NCBI GenBank assembly: GCA_037381915.1
Contig: JARRQJ010000003.1
Coordinates: forward strand, 3,917 to 67,916
DNA length: 64,000 nucleotides
DNA from: Gammaproteobacteria bacterium
Lineage (GTDB): Bacteria > Pseudomonadota > Gammaproteobacteria > DRLM01
Reading direction: 5' to 3'
How positions within the stretch are numbered: the first letter of the stretch is position 1; each line of letters begins with the position of its first letter. The notes beneath the pieces were generated by a model. It saw only the letters and a list, made by a program, of their open reading frames with translations. It had not been told where the DNA came from and searched no databases. Positions 50,490 through 60,502 of this stretch are shown piece by piece. The position numbers and the translations under genes were made by a program.

Positions 50490-53400
50490 ATGATTTTCGC
50501 CTCGCCTCCCGCCCCCCTGAGCCTCTTGCGTTCCGCCATCGCCACCGCCTATCTCGCCGATGAAAGTGTCTGTGTCGACGGCATATTGCGCGAGGCGGTG
50601 CTCGATGAGGCGGTTCGGCAAGGCGCCCACCGCCGCGCCTACCAGTTGGTGGAGACGGTCCGCCGCCGACAACGCCAGGAGAGCAGCCTGGATGCCTTTC
50701 TCCACGAATACGACCTGTCCTCCCGGGAAGGGGTGATGCTCATGTGTCTGGCCGAGGCCCTGCTCCGCATTCCCGACGCCGGCACCGCAGACCGCCTCAT
50801 CCAGGACAAGTTGAGCAAGGGTGTCTGGGACAAACACCTGGGGCACAGCCATTCCCTGCTGGTCAACGCCTCCACCTGGGGCTTGATGCTCACCGGCCGC
50901 CTGGTGAAATGGGGTGCCGACCATCCCCAGGACCTCGGTGACGCCCTGGGCCGCCTGGCGGCGCGCCTCGGGGAACCGATGGTGCGACTGGCCCTGAAAC
51001 AGGCTATGGGCATATTGGGCGAGCAATTCGTCATGGGCCGCAGCATCGACGAGGCCTTGAGCCGTAGTCATCAGAAAAGCCGGCGAATGTACCGTTATTC
51101 CTTCGACATGCTCGGCGAGGCGGCGCTGACCTATCAGGACGCGGATCGCTACACCGAGGCCTATCTCGACGCCATCGCCGAACTCGCCGCGGATCCCTCC
51201 TCTCAAAATCCGGATTTCTTCGCAAGGCCAAGTCTGTCGGTAAAGTTATCCGCCCTCCATCCGCGCTATGAGTTCGCCCAACGGGATCAGGTCATGGCGG
51301 AACTCCTGCCGCGTCTCTCCCATATAGTCAGCAAGGCAAGGGCCGCCAATGTCGCCGTCACTCTGGATGCAGAGGAAGCGGACCGCCTGGATCTTTCACT
51401 GGACCTGTTCGCCGCCCTATTTCATTCACCGTCTCTGGACGCCTGGCCGGGATTGGGGCTGGCGGTCCAGGCCTATCAAAAGCGCGCATTGGCGGTATTG
51501 GATTGGCTCATCGATGCGGCGCGGACGCGTGGCAGATGCATTCCCGTGCGTCTGGTTAAAGGTGCCTACTGGGATACGGAGATCAAGCGCGCACAGATGC
51601 TCGGCCTGCCGAACTACCCGGTGTACACGCGCAAGCTCAGCACCGACGCGTCCTATCTGGCCTGCGCCAAAAAAATGTGCGCCGCCCGCGACGCCCTCTT
51701 CCCCCAATTCGCCACCCACAATGCCTACACTGCGGCCGCCCTAATCGAGATCGCCGGTGATCGCCGCAACTTTGAATTCCAGCGCCTGCACGGCATGGGC
51801 GACGCCCTCTATCAACAGTTGCTGAATGATCCCGACCTGGGCGTCGCCTGTCGCGTCTATGCCCCGGTGGGCAGCCATGAGGACCTATTGCCCTACCTGG
51901 TACGGCGCCTCCTGGAAAACGGTGCCAACACCTCCTTTGTCAACCGCCTCGAAGATGAACGGACACCAATCGAAGAGGTGATCGCCGATCCGCTCGCCCG
52001 TCTGCAGGCCACGACGCCCAAGGCCCATCCCCGCATCCCCCTGCCGGTGGACCTCTACCCCGACCGCCGCAACTCGGCGGGCATCGATCTCACCGATCCC
52101 CTCGCCCTGGAGGCCCTGGCAGGCGCCATGGACACGGCCATGGAAAAACGCCGGCGCGCCATACCGCTGATCGGCCGCGAAACGGCTGTGGGAGAAGAGC
52201 GAGCACTGAACGATCCCAGCGATCGCCGCCGTAGCATCGGCAGCGTCGTGAATGCGGACGGCACGATGCTTGAACATGCCCTCGCCACGGCAACCGCGGC
52301 CGCGCCGCGGTGGAACGCCGTGCCGGCGGAACAACGGGCGGAGATTCTGGAACGCGCGGCCATGCTACTCGAGGAAAACCGGCCTGAATTGATGGCGCTG
52401 TGTGTCCGTGAAGGCGGCAAGACCGTTCCCGATGCCTTGGCGGAAGTACGGGAGGCCGTGGACTTCTGCCGTTATTATGCGGCTCTCGCCCGCGGGGATT
52501 TCGCTTCACCCCATTCCCTGCCGGGACCGACCGGCGAACACAACGAATTGCAATACCACGGCCGCGGCGTATTCGCCTGTATCAGCCCCTGGAATTTCCC
52601 CCTGGCGATCTTCGCCGGCCAGGTGAGCGCCGCACTGGCCGCGGGTAATGCGGTACTCGCCAAGCCCGCTGGCCAGACGCCGCTCATCGCCCACCGCGCC
52701 GTGCAATTACTGCATGAGGCGGGCGTGCCTTTCGAGGTACTGCATTTCCTCCCCGGCGAAGGACGGCTGCTCGGACCGCTGCTGGCGGGCGACGAACGCA
52801 TCAACGGCATCGCCTTCACCGGCTCCACCGAAACCGCCCGCTCACTGCAGCGCGCCCTGGCCGCGCGCGACGGCGCAATCGTCCCGCTCATCGCCGAGAC
52901 CGGCGGGATAAACACCATGATCGTGGACAGTTCCGCCCTGCCCGAGCAGGTGGTCAAGGATGCCTTGCGTTCCGCCTTCAACAGCGCGGGACAACGTTGC
53001 TCCGCATTGCGCGTCCTGTTCCTGCAGGAAGACATCGCCTCCCGGGTCATGGAACTGCTGGCGGGGGCCATGGCGGAACTGCGCATCGGCGATCCCGCCC
53101 TGCTCTCCACCGACATCGGCCCGGTCATCGATGAAACGGCGCGTGCCAAACTGATCGAACACGCCGCTCACATGGAACAGCACGGCCGCCTGATACACAA
53201 AATGGAGATACCCGACGAACTGCGGCACGGCTGCTATTTCCCCCCGCATCTTTTCGAAATCGATGAACTGGGGCGATTGCGGGAGGAGGTATTCGGGCCG
53301 ATTCTCCACATCGTCCGGTTCCGCGGCAGGTCTCTGGACAAGGTGATCGACGACATCAACGACAGCGGTTACGGGCTGACCGTGGGAATTCACAGCCGCG

Positions 53401-53639
53401 TCGACACCACGATCCGCCATATTCAAAATCGCGTCCGGGCCGGTAATTGCTATGTCAATCGCGATATGATCGGGGCCGTGGTGGGCGTCCAACCTTTCGG
53501 CGGCGAAGGCCTGTCCGGTACCGGCCCCAAGGCCGGCGGCCCGGACTATTTGCGCCGCTTCGCCGTGGAGCGCACCCTAACCATCAACACCGCCGCGGTG
53601 GGCGGCAATACTTCGCTATTGTCGCTTGGGGAAAAATAG
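50490..53639 (+). CDS. putA: bifunctional proline dehydrogenase / L-glutamate gamma-semialdehyde (P5C) dehydrogenase
   Basis: 1049 aa. ...EYDLSSREGVMLMCLAEALLRIPD..., a PRODH barrel (..RYSFDMLGEAA..), and an ALDH domain (..ISPWNFPLAIF...ETGGINTMIVDSSA...GQRCSALRVL..). Confidence 0.95.
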   Translation: MIFASPPAPLSLLRSAIATAYLADESVCVDGILREAVLDEAVRQGAHRRAYQLVETVRRRQRQESSLDAFLHEYDLSSREGVMLMCLAEALLRIPDAGTADRLIQDKLSKGVWDKHLGHSHSLLVNASTWGLMLTGRLVKWGADHPQDLGDALGRLAARLGEPMVRLALKQAMGILGEQFVMGRSIDEALSRSHQKSRRMYRYSFDMLGEAALTYQDADRYTEAYLDAIAELAADPSSQNPDFFARPSLSVKLSALHPRYEFAQRDQVMAELLPRLSHIVSKARAANVAVTLDAEEADRLDLSLDLFAALFHSPSLDAWPGLGLAVQAYQKRALAVLDWLIDAARTRGRCIPVRLVKGAYWDTEIKRAQMLGLPNYPVYTRKLSTDASYLACAKKMCAARDALFPQFATHNAYTAAALIEIAGDRRNFEFQRLHGMGDALYQQLLNDPDLGVACRVYAPVGSHEDLLPYLVRRLLENGANTSFVNRLEDERTPIEEVIADPLARLQATTPKAHPRIPLPVDLYPDRRNSAGIDLTDPLALEALAGAMDTAMEKRRRAIPLIGRETAVGEERALNDPSDRRRSIGSVVNADGTMLEHALATATAAAPRWNAVPAEQRAEILERAAMLLEENRPELMALCVREGGKTVPDALAEVREAVDFCRYYAALARGDFASPHSLPGPTGEHNELQYHGRGVFACISPWNFPLAIFAGQVSAALAAGNAVLAKPAGQTPLIAHRAVQLLHEAGVPFEVLHFLPGEGRLLGPLLAGDERINGIAFTGSTETARSLQRALAARDGAIVPLIAETGGINTMIVDSSALPEQVVKDALRSAFNSAGQRCSALRVLFLQEDIASRVMELLAGAMAELRIGDPALLSTDIGPVIDETARAKLIEHAAHMEQHGRLIHKMEIPDELRHGCYFPPHLFEIDELGRLREEVFGPILHIVRFRGRSLDKVIDDINDSGYGLTVGIHSRVDTTIRHIQNRVRAGNCYVNRDMIGAVVGVQPFGGEGLSGTGPKAGGPDYLRRFAVERTLTINTAAVGGNTSLLSLGEK

Positions 53640-53737
53640 TCGGCGCGCGTGCAGCGAAGATGTTTCTTGCTTGTCCAAAGTCAAGACGCCTTGAGTCGGC
53701 GCGTCGCGTCCTGAGGAGGCAAGAATCTTGAGGCCGT

Positions 53738-54367
53738 TCAGTGCTGATGATCGGCTTCATCGCCATGATCATGGTCAGGATGATCGTCGGCTGCCTCCCC
53801 ATGATTATGGTCGGAGTCTGCATCGGCGTCGTGATGATGGTCATGATCGTCGTCTTCCTCCGGTCCGGCCATTTTGTCCATTTCCTTGTATTGCTCCACG
53901 GTCATATGCGGCAATTTCCTGAGGAAAGCCACCATGGCCCAGATCTTTTGATCACTGTGCGTCGGGCCCCAGGCGGGCATGCCGGTCATCCTCACGCCGT
54001 TTTTTATCACCCAGAACAGTTCCGCGGGCTGCCATTCCTCCACCGCTTCCTGCAGTTTGGGCGGCTTGGGCATCAGACCCTGGCGAATTTCGGTGGAATC
54101 GATACCTGGCGCGAGATGACAGCCGACACACATCTCTCGATAGTGACGGAAACCTTCCATGATCATCCGTGGGTCCTCGAGGGGGGGCGCGACGATTCCC
54201 TTGGCGTGATAACGCACCGAATTGTCCATGGTAGTACTCAGCACAAACGCCGTTAAGGGATTATGCGGATTGGTGGCGGCGACGTTGATCACCCCGGAAA
54301 ACATCGCGCCCGCCCCGACGATGAGGGCGAACACCGCCAAACCGAGAAATCCCTTTATGCAGTTCAT
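53738..54367 (-). CDS. membrane-anchored monoheme c-type cytochrome with a His/Asp-rich C-terminal tail
   Basis: The ATG at 54367 is preceded by GGGAGG. N-terminal TM (FLGLAVFALIVGAGAMF), heme motif CVGCH, distal ...GMPAWG..., and a C-terminal 40 aa EEDDDHDHHHDADADSDHNHGEAADDHPDHDHGDEADHQH. Confidence 0.8.
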   Translation of the reverse strand: MNCIKGFLGLAVFALIVGAGAMFSGVINVAATNPHNPLTAFVLSTTMDNSVRYHAKGIVAPPLEDPRMIMEGFRHYREMCVGCHLAPGIDSTEIRQGLMPKPPKLQEAVEEWQPAELFWVIKNGVRMTGMPAWGPTHSDQKIWAMVAFLRKLPHMTVEQYKEMDKMAGPEEDDDHDHHHDADADSDHNHGEAADDHPDHDHGDEADHQH

Positions 54368-54542
54368 AACTACCTCCCAAGGCTGCGGCATGCCGGCTCA
54401 GCACGCCCCTACGTGGTCAAGACCGCGCTTTCAGCGTCTCATACGATTGATCGGAAAGGCGGCGGCGCAGCACAGTATTTTGCACTGCCAAACGAGGCGC
54501 CTATTTCCATCACCAGTTTATTCCCAAATTGCAACTATCGCA

Positions 54543-57500
54543 TTAACAGGACAATGACAGCAATAGTCGCTGGGTCTCGATGGAAAGATCAACGCCAAGC
54601 TTGGCGCGAAAGACCTTGACTGCCCGCTCATAGAGCCGTACGGACTCGGCCTTCTGTCCGATGGCGGCGTAACTTGTCATCAGACCGCGATAGAAGGCCT
54701 CCACCAGATCGTCGATCTCCAAGGCACGCTGATAATAGCGGATCGCATCCTCATGGCGATTGAGCCGTTGCAGCTCCTTGCCCCAGTTGCAAAAGATCTG
54801 GACGAATTTGGCATGCAACCTTTCACGCATCGGAATGGCCCAAGGGGCGTCATCCTCCGAATCGAGAAAAGGCATATGATATATTTCGCAGATGGCCCCG
54901 TATGTCTCGCAGCCATCATTGGCCGCCTCCGAAGCCAGCCGTTCGAAGGTCCAGCAATCGACCCAGCAAAGCTGCGGATCCAGACTGAGACGCCCCTCCT
55001 GGCGCTTGACGGTGTCGTTGCCGATCAACTTGCGCAGCCTGAATAATGAGGTCGCAAGCGCCTGCTGGGCCGCGTCGCCGTCCGACTCAGGCCAGAGGGC
55101 GCTCGCCAGGCGCTGTTCGCTGACGTCTCTGCCGCCGAAGGCGATGAGTGCTTTCAACATATTCATCGGTGCGCGCTGTGCCTTGCCTTCAAAACGAATC
55201 GGCAAATCGTCATTCAATACATTAAAGCGGCCCAAAGTGTATATCTTTACCGGATACGGCCAGCTGTCCGTGGTGGCAGACGTCGGGTCCGGCAGAAGCT
55301 TATGCTGTTTGATAAGGCGACGGACGTAGTCGGCCTCTATCCCTTGATCCAGGGCAATGCCGCACAGCCTGGAGATCACCGAGCGCGGCCAGAAGAAAAA
55401 GTGCATGTAACCGTTTTCCCGGCCGAGACGCATCGCATCCGTGAGCAGCAGTATCCCTGTCGCCTCCTTGTTCTGATCGATGGCCAAATGAGCGGCGAAC
55501 AGCAAATAGACCCATTCGAGCAAAGGATTATCGATGGTTTGTCCGATTTCCCGCGCGCGCTGCAAATAGGCCTCGGCGGTTTCGGTATCACCCAACCAGT
55601 AGTACACCAATCCCATACCCAGCATGAACGCCGCCAGGAAATAGGCCTTACCCGATCGCTCCGCCTTTTTGATGGCGAATTCGGCGTGCTTGCCCGCCAC
55701 CCCCGGTTGATTGGTCAATGCGGCATGCCACGCAGCCATGGCATGGTAAATAGAGGCTTCGGTATAACGGGTCTTTTCAAACACCGCCGCCATACCTTTA
55801 ACAAAATCCCCCGCGGCATCAAGATCGTTCAGACTGAACGCCGTCGTCGCGCCATGTCCGAGCAAGACCATGTCCCACATATGAATCCCGGTATCCCGCG
55901 ACAATTGCAGCCCCTGATTTACCGACTGCAGACAACGTTCGTGAAGCCCGGCGTGCATGGCATAAATGGCATCGACCAGGTACCACATTACCTGCGCGAA
56001 CGGCGATGAATCGATCTTGCTCAAATCACCACGTTGTGTTTCAAGGATGATGCTTGCCTGGGCAAGGTCGCCGCGCCACAGGCAATTTTTGGCAATATGC
56101 AAGGTAAGCATCATGCGCAGGGCCGGATCGATATCGGAGGCGATCAGTTGCCTGGCGCGCTGTTCCACAAGCGTCATGCGTGGATGATTGGGTTTCCAAA
56201 ACATCATTGCGGTGAACATGGTAAAGGTCACGCTTCCGGCAATTTGCGGCGACGGCATATTCGGACAACGCGTCAACAGGGCGTCCATTTCACCGATCCA
56301 ATGCTCAGCCTCCTTTAGATCACCGTAGGCATAAACGATGGAATCCATCACGCCCGCCCAACTCAAAAAGACGCCTTCCGGATCGTCGTTCTCCTGAAAT
56401 AGGACGTAGGCCTGCTCGAAATAGGGACGGCTCAGCACCGGATCGTAGAACAATAGGCTCATGCCCAGCCAATAGCTCAGGTACGGCTTCGCATCCATAA
56501 CCTCCTCGGGAAACATGCGCAGCCAGGTCTCCAAAGTGCGGTGACGCCCCTGTTCATGGAGTCTTCCCGCATGTGCAGAGATCACCTCGGCGGCTGTGTC
56601 CCAGTCCTCTATCTTGAGAAACATTTGCACGCCGTCCTCCACCTGGCCCGAGGCTACCAATATCTGCGCCGCCCGGCGGCGAATGTCCTTCAAGGTTTCC
56701 GCTGAAAGCGTCGCTTCGGCCCGTTCCAAAAGAAATTCGCGAAACAACGGATGATATTGGTACACGGGATTTTGGTCGCCGTGTTTCGTGGTGAAATAAT
56801 TTAGCTGGGCGAACCGGGACACCATGCGGCTGGCCTCGGGTGAACCGATCAGTTCATCGATGGTCTGCGGCCACATGACGGGCAGGACGGCAGTATGCTG
56901 CATAATATCCTGAATCTCCGGAGAGAGGCTGTTGAAGACTTCTTCGGCGAAGTAATCGAATACGACGGAATCAAGCGCGCCCGCGGGCCCGCTTGCGAAA
57001 TTTACGTGGGACTTCATTTGCAGGACCAGGGACAGACCCGCCGCCCAACCGCCCACCCTCATCTGCAGTTGCTTTGCCGCCTCGTCCGAAGGCAGCATCA
57101 AACCGTGCATGGCCGCGATGGCCTTCACCTCGTCCGGGCTCAATTGCAGTTCATCCCATTCGATAATCGCCACCATGTTACTGGCGCGCAAGCGCGCCAT
57201 GGCGGGAGGGCATTCCTTTCTGGTGATGATCACGATACGCCCGCCTTGCGGCAATTCGCTACAGGCCACCCGTATCGCCTCGTGCAACGCCGCATCTTCC
57301 GCAACATCCTGGTAGTTGTCGAGCACGATAAGAAAGGGGACATCCAGCTGGCGGTAGAGCTCCTGAAAGTACTGCCGGGCAAAGGCAGCAATCCCCTGAG
57401 AAAACTCGGGCGTCAGATGCGGCATGGCTGGCTTGTCGTGCGCAGTCGTATCGTGGGCCGCCATGCCTAGATAATGAAAGAAGCTCGCCAGGTCCTCATC

Positions 57501-57713
57501 GCACTTGTCCACCTGATACCACAGACAGGGAAGATTACGAGTTTCGACATAGGTCGCGATCAAGGTCGACTTGCCGGCACCCGGGGGACCGCTGACCACC
57601 ACCAGCTGGCGGGAACGCATCTCGTCAAGCAGATTATGCAAATCGGTACGTTGATAAGTAAGTGCGAGTCTTGGGCGGGCAATTTTGGGTATGACAGCTT
57701 TATCCGCGCTCAT
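54543..57713 (-). CDS. STAND-type ATPase / TPR-like regulator with C-terminal SARP module (OmpR-type wHTH plus BTAD)
   Basis: 1056 aa. Walker A VVVSGPPGAGKSTL (aa 38-51), Walker B FLIVLDNYQDV, and MalT-like helical repeats. The last ~250 aa read VKIYTLGRFNVLNDDLPIRFEGKAQRAPMNMLKALIAFGG...LW.......A...L...L.RLRK.L, then ...AIRYYQRALEIDDLVEAFYRGLMTSYAAIGQKAESVRLYERAVKVFRAKLGV (BTAD). Confidence 0.8.
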   Translation of the reverse strand: MSADKAVIPKIARPRLALTYQRTDLHNLLDEMRSRQLVVVSGPPGAGKSTLIATYVETRNLPCLWYQVDKCDEDLASFFHYLGMAAHDTTAHDKPAMPHLTPEFSQGIAAFARQYFQELYRQLDVPFLIVLDNYQDVAEDAALHEAIRVACSELPQGGRIVIITRKECPPAMARLRASNMVAIIEWDELQLSPDEVKAIAAMHGLMLPSDEAAKQLQMRVGGWAAGLSLVLQMKSHVNFASGPAGALDSVVFDYFAEEVFNSLSPEIQDIMQHTAVLPVMWPQTIDELIGSPEASRMVSRFAQLNYFTTKHGDQNPVYQYHPLFREFLLERAEATLSAETLKDIRRRAAQILVASGQVEDGVQMFLKIEDWDTAAEVISAHAGRLHEQGRHRTLETWLRMFPEEVMDAKPYLSYWLGMSLLFYDPVLSRPYFEQAYVLFQENDDPEGVFLSWAGVMDSIVYAYGDLKEAEHWIGEMDALLTRCPNMPSPQIAGSVTFTMFTAMMFWKPNHPRMTLVEQRARQLIASDIDPALRMMLTLHIAKNCLWRGDLAQASIILETQRGDLSKIDSSPFAQVMWYLVDAIYAMHAGLHERCLQSVNQGLQLSRDTGIHMWDMVLLGHGATTAFSLNDLDAAGDFVKGMAAVFEKTRYTEASIYHAMAAWHAALTNQPGVAGKHAEFAIKKAERSGKAYFLAAFMLGMGLVYYWLGDTETAEAYLQRAREIGQTIDNPLLEWVYLLFAAHLAIDQNKEATGILLLTDAMRLGRENGYMHFFFWPRSVISRLCGIALDQGIEADYVRRLIKQHKLLPDPTSATTDSWPYPVKIYTLGRFNVLNDDLPIRFEGKAQRAPMNMLKALIAFGGRDVSEQRLASALWPESDGDAAQQALATSLFRLRKLIGNDTVKRQEGRLSLDPQLCWVDCWTFERLASEAANDGCETYGAICEIYHMPFLDSEDDAPWAIPMRERLHAKFVQIFCNWGKELQRLNRHEDAIRYYQRALEIDDLVEAFYRGLMTSYAAIGQKAESVRLYERAVKVFRAKLGVDLSIETQRLLLSLSC

Positions 57714-57729
57714 GAACCTATCCCCTTAT

Positions 57730-57761
57730 AATATTTTTTATATTAAATATTTTTTATATTA
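57730..57761. repeat. perfect tandem duplication of a 16-bp AT-only unit just upstream of the STAND-SARP gene
   Basis: AATATTTTTTATATTA occurs twice (57730-57745 and 57746-61), 17-48 nt upstream of the start codon at 57713, in a window that is otherwise GC-rich. Confidence 0.8.
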
Positions 57762-58821
57762 TTTTATTTTATGACTGGATATATATGGACGCTGTCACGA
57801 CGGATGATATTGCATTGCCGCAGGCTCACAGAGCGCCCTTACTCCCTATTCACGAACAATACTGCTGCATGCTGATCAATGCAAGGCAGGGGATTCGGCA
57901 CTGCGGCCGCATGACGCTTTTTGCTGAAACTACAATGCCATCCTTCATATAGTTCATCCAATTTATTTATGGACTGTGCCGTCACCACCGTCGCCGACTC
58001 TGCGTATCAGTACTATTGCAAGCTTAAGCCTCTTTTATTTTCGGATGGATTGATGTGTCCAGTTACGCAGGAGCTTCCATGCTCGCTTCGGCGCGGACGT
58101 TCGTCCGGGTCTCCAGCCTCACGGCGAATGATTTTAAACCATGGAATCTGTACCCAATATGTAATGACTAATGGATTACATTTTGTCCGTCAGGGAAGAC
58201 GAAGCACCATGGCAACGAGCCCGAAGAAGCCGCACGGACAATGCCTGTTAGGGATAAACGGGGGTTAAGAGCACGGCGTAAAATCGTAGCGATGCACATG
58301 CGCAAGCGGTGCATTTAAGCTGACCAGGGAGCCAAGGTGACACTTTGGGTGCCGCGTGTCCCAGTACGCGAGCGTGGGCAGGGAAGCCTCATTGCGTTCC
58401 AAGGGACCGCGGCACAATCATTAAGACAACTTCAGGAAATGCTCGTCGCGATCCTATCCTTTCCTATGAGGATGGCAACGGGGCTACGCCCTAGCCGAAC
58501 ACTACACCACGCTCTTGCCGTTATCGTCAAATTCCCGATGAAACCTCCGTCATGCAGGGAGCGGTAGCTCTGCCCGCCTCCTAGCCAGCGACATCGTAAC
58601 GCCCGATCCCCCTGCTAAATGCTCATGCCCGGGGCCGGCCCTGAACCACTTGGGACGGAGGTCAAGTCCAGGAAGAGCCCTTGACGGTGCCGAGCGCGAA
58701 TATCTTTAGACTTCAATCCAAACTTCAATAATTAACTGATAATATAGCCAAGCAAACCGGATTTTCCCATGAAACGATGGGTATACCGCGCGCCGGCCGG
58801 AAGACTCTGCAAGGACAGGCC

Positions 58822-59676
58822 ATGGAATCCCAAGCGAGCTTGATTGATACATTGCGAGACACGCTCGGCCAAGCCCTCAATGGCCTGATCAAACTCATCC
58901 CCAATGTATTAAGCGCCGCCTTCGTAGTGATCATCGGCTGGCTACTGGCCCGCCTGATTAGGGGGCTGATCATTCGCGGTATTCATACCCTGGACCGGCT
59001 GCTGCGCAAGTTTACCGCTCATCAAGCCTCCCCCCCTCCCCTGGTTCAAGAACGTTCCGTCAAGGCGGTGAGCGCCCTCTTTTACTGGGCCGTCATCCTG
59101 CTGTTCCTGACCGCCGCCACCCAGGTCCTGGGTATGGGGGTCTTTTCGGATTGGTTGAGCGGCATCATGACATATCTTCCGGCGGTGATCGCCGGCATTC
59201 TTATTCTGCTCGCCGGTTTCGTCTTCAGCCTCATGGTGAAGGACCTGGTCACGGCGGCCGCCAACTCAGCCCATATCGCCTATGCCGAACTCCTGGGGCA
59301 AACGGCGCAGATACTGATCTTTTCCACCGCCGTAGTGGTGGGCATCGATCAGATGGGCATCAATATCACCTTCCTTATCGTAGTTGTCGCCATCATCCTG
59401 GGCATGATCTTCGGCGGCCTCGCCCTGGCCTTCGGCCTGGGCGCGAAGAACGTGGTCAATAACGTCCTCGCGGCGCATTATGTGCGCCAGGCCTATCAGA
59501 TCGGCGATACGGTCGAGTTCAACGATATCAAGGGCCGGATTGTCCAGGTGACCAATGTCGGTATCGTGGTGGAACACGAACGGGGACAAAGCCACATCCC
59601 CACCTCGCTGTTTTTAACCGGGCACTCTACCCGCCTGGAGGAGAATCGCCGCCATGAGCAACGACCTGGCCCTTAG
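58822..59676 (+). CDS. MscS-like / conserved-TM-helix family mechanosensitive channel-like membrane protein
   Basis: 284 aa from ATG 58822. It has repeated TM helices preceded by amphipathic segments, and a C-terminal beta-domain-like IGDTVEFNDIKGRIVQVTNVGIVVEHERGQSHIPTSLF. Confidence 0.6.
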   Translation: MESQASLIDTLRDTLGQALNGLIKLIPNVLSAAFVVIIGWLLARLIRGLIIRGIHTLDRLLRKFTAHQASPPPLVQERSVKAVSALFYWAVILLFLTAATQVLGMGVFSDWLSGIMTYLPAVIAGILILLAGFVFSLMVKDLVTAAANSAHIAYAELLGQTAQILIFSTAVVVGIDQMGINITFLIVVVAIILGMIFGGLALAFGLGAKNVVNNVLAAHYVRQAYQIGDTVEFNDIKGRIVQVTNVGIVVEHERGQSHIPTSLFLTGHSTRLEENRRHEQRPGP

Positions 59677-60487
59677 CCTCCTGTTTTGTGAAAACCATCC
59701 CTCCGATGCGGCGTCCCTCCTGGTCCGCCTGCCACCTGAATATGTCGCCGCCTTTTTGCGCTCCCTGTCCCCTGTTCAATGCATCAACCTCATTCAGCAC
59801 ATGCCGACCGCCTACACTACCCAGTTGCTCACTTATTTCGAAAAGGATTTTAGCGCACGCCTACTGTGCGAGGCGAACTTCTCCACGGCGACCAGACTGT
59901 TGCGCCCCTTCAATGCTCAGCAACGCGTAGAGTTGATGGCGTGTATGGACGCCGCGCAGTCCGCTCAATTGAGGCGGATGCTCAATTTTTCCCCAGGGAG
60001 CGTCGGCAACCTGGTGGAGATCCCGACGTTGACCGCCTTGGGGGATTGGACCGTCAAACACGCCCAACGGGAATTAAAGAAAATACGGCGCCACTCGCTC
60101 TTCGATTTTCCCGTCGTCGATGATGAACACCGTTTCCTGGGCCTAGTGACTATCCATGCCCTATTGATCGCTGCCGAAAACAGTCGCCTTGATGAGTTAT
60201 GCACAGGCAAGGATCTCGCCCTGCCCGCCTATGCCACCGTCGCCTCGGTGCTCAACCACCCCTTGTGGGAAAGGCGTCTCTCCCTGCCGGTGGTCGACCG
60301 CGGAGGGATTCTAATGGGCGTGTTGTATCACACCGGCCTCAAGGCACACGTTCCGACCCTCCCCGGCGCCCACGCACAAGACGTCCTGGCGCCGGTCATG
60401 GCCCTTGCCGAACTCTACTGGGCGGCGTCCTCATCGATCATCGACACCATCGGCAGAAAAAAGCCCTCTCGACCCAAGCGCACTTGA
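59654..60487 (+). CDS. soluble MgtE-like protein: MgtE N-domain plus tandem CBS, no transmembrane domain
   Basis: 277 aa. N-terminal helical domain (...AASLLVRLPPEYVAAFLRSLSP...), then ...FSPGSVGNLVEIPTLTA... and CBS-like ...DFPVVDDEHRFLGLVTIHALL... / ...SLPVVDRGGILMGVL.... There is no hydrophobic C-terminal region. It overlaps the upstream gene by 23 nt. Confidence 0.7.
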   Translation: MSNDLALSLLFCENHPSDAASLLVRLPPEYVAAFLRSLSPVQCINLIQHMPTAYTTQLLTYFEKDFSARLLCEANFSTATRLLRPFNAQQRVELMACMDAAQSAQLRRMLNFSPGSVGNLVEIPTLTALGDWTVKHAQRELKKIRRHSLFDFPVVDDEHRFLGLVTIHALLIAAENSRLDELCTGKDLALPAYATVASVLNHPLWERRLSLPVVDRGGILMGVLYHTGLKAHVPTLPGAHAQDVLAPVMALAELYWAASSSIIDTIGRKKPSRPKRT

Positions 60488-60502
60488 ACCTTTGGAGTAT
60501 TC

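Noticed and set aside
58260-58680. Strings resembling RNase P RNA or riboswitch elements (AAGCTGACCAG, GGTTAAGAGCAC, GGAGGTCAAGTCCAGGAAGAGCC; also CCACTTGGG...GGAAGAGCC, which looks B12-box-like, and GTTAGGG, which looks M-box-like).
   Set aside because: The motifs are in the wrong order and spacing for RNase P RNA. The other conserved cores are missing: GGGAA/GGUG..AAUCC for cobalamin and GCUAAAGCUCUACG for the M-box. I could not build a consistent secondary structure, so I report the region only as an unexplained spacer.
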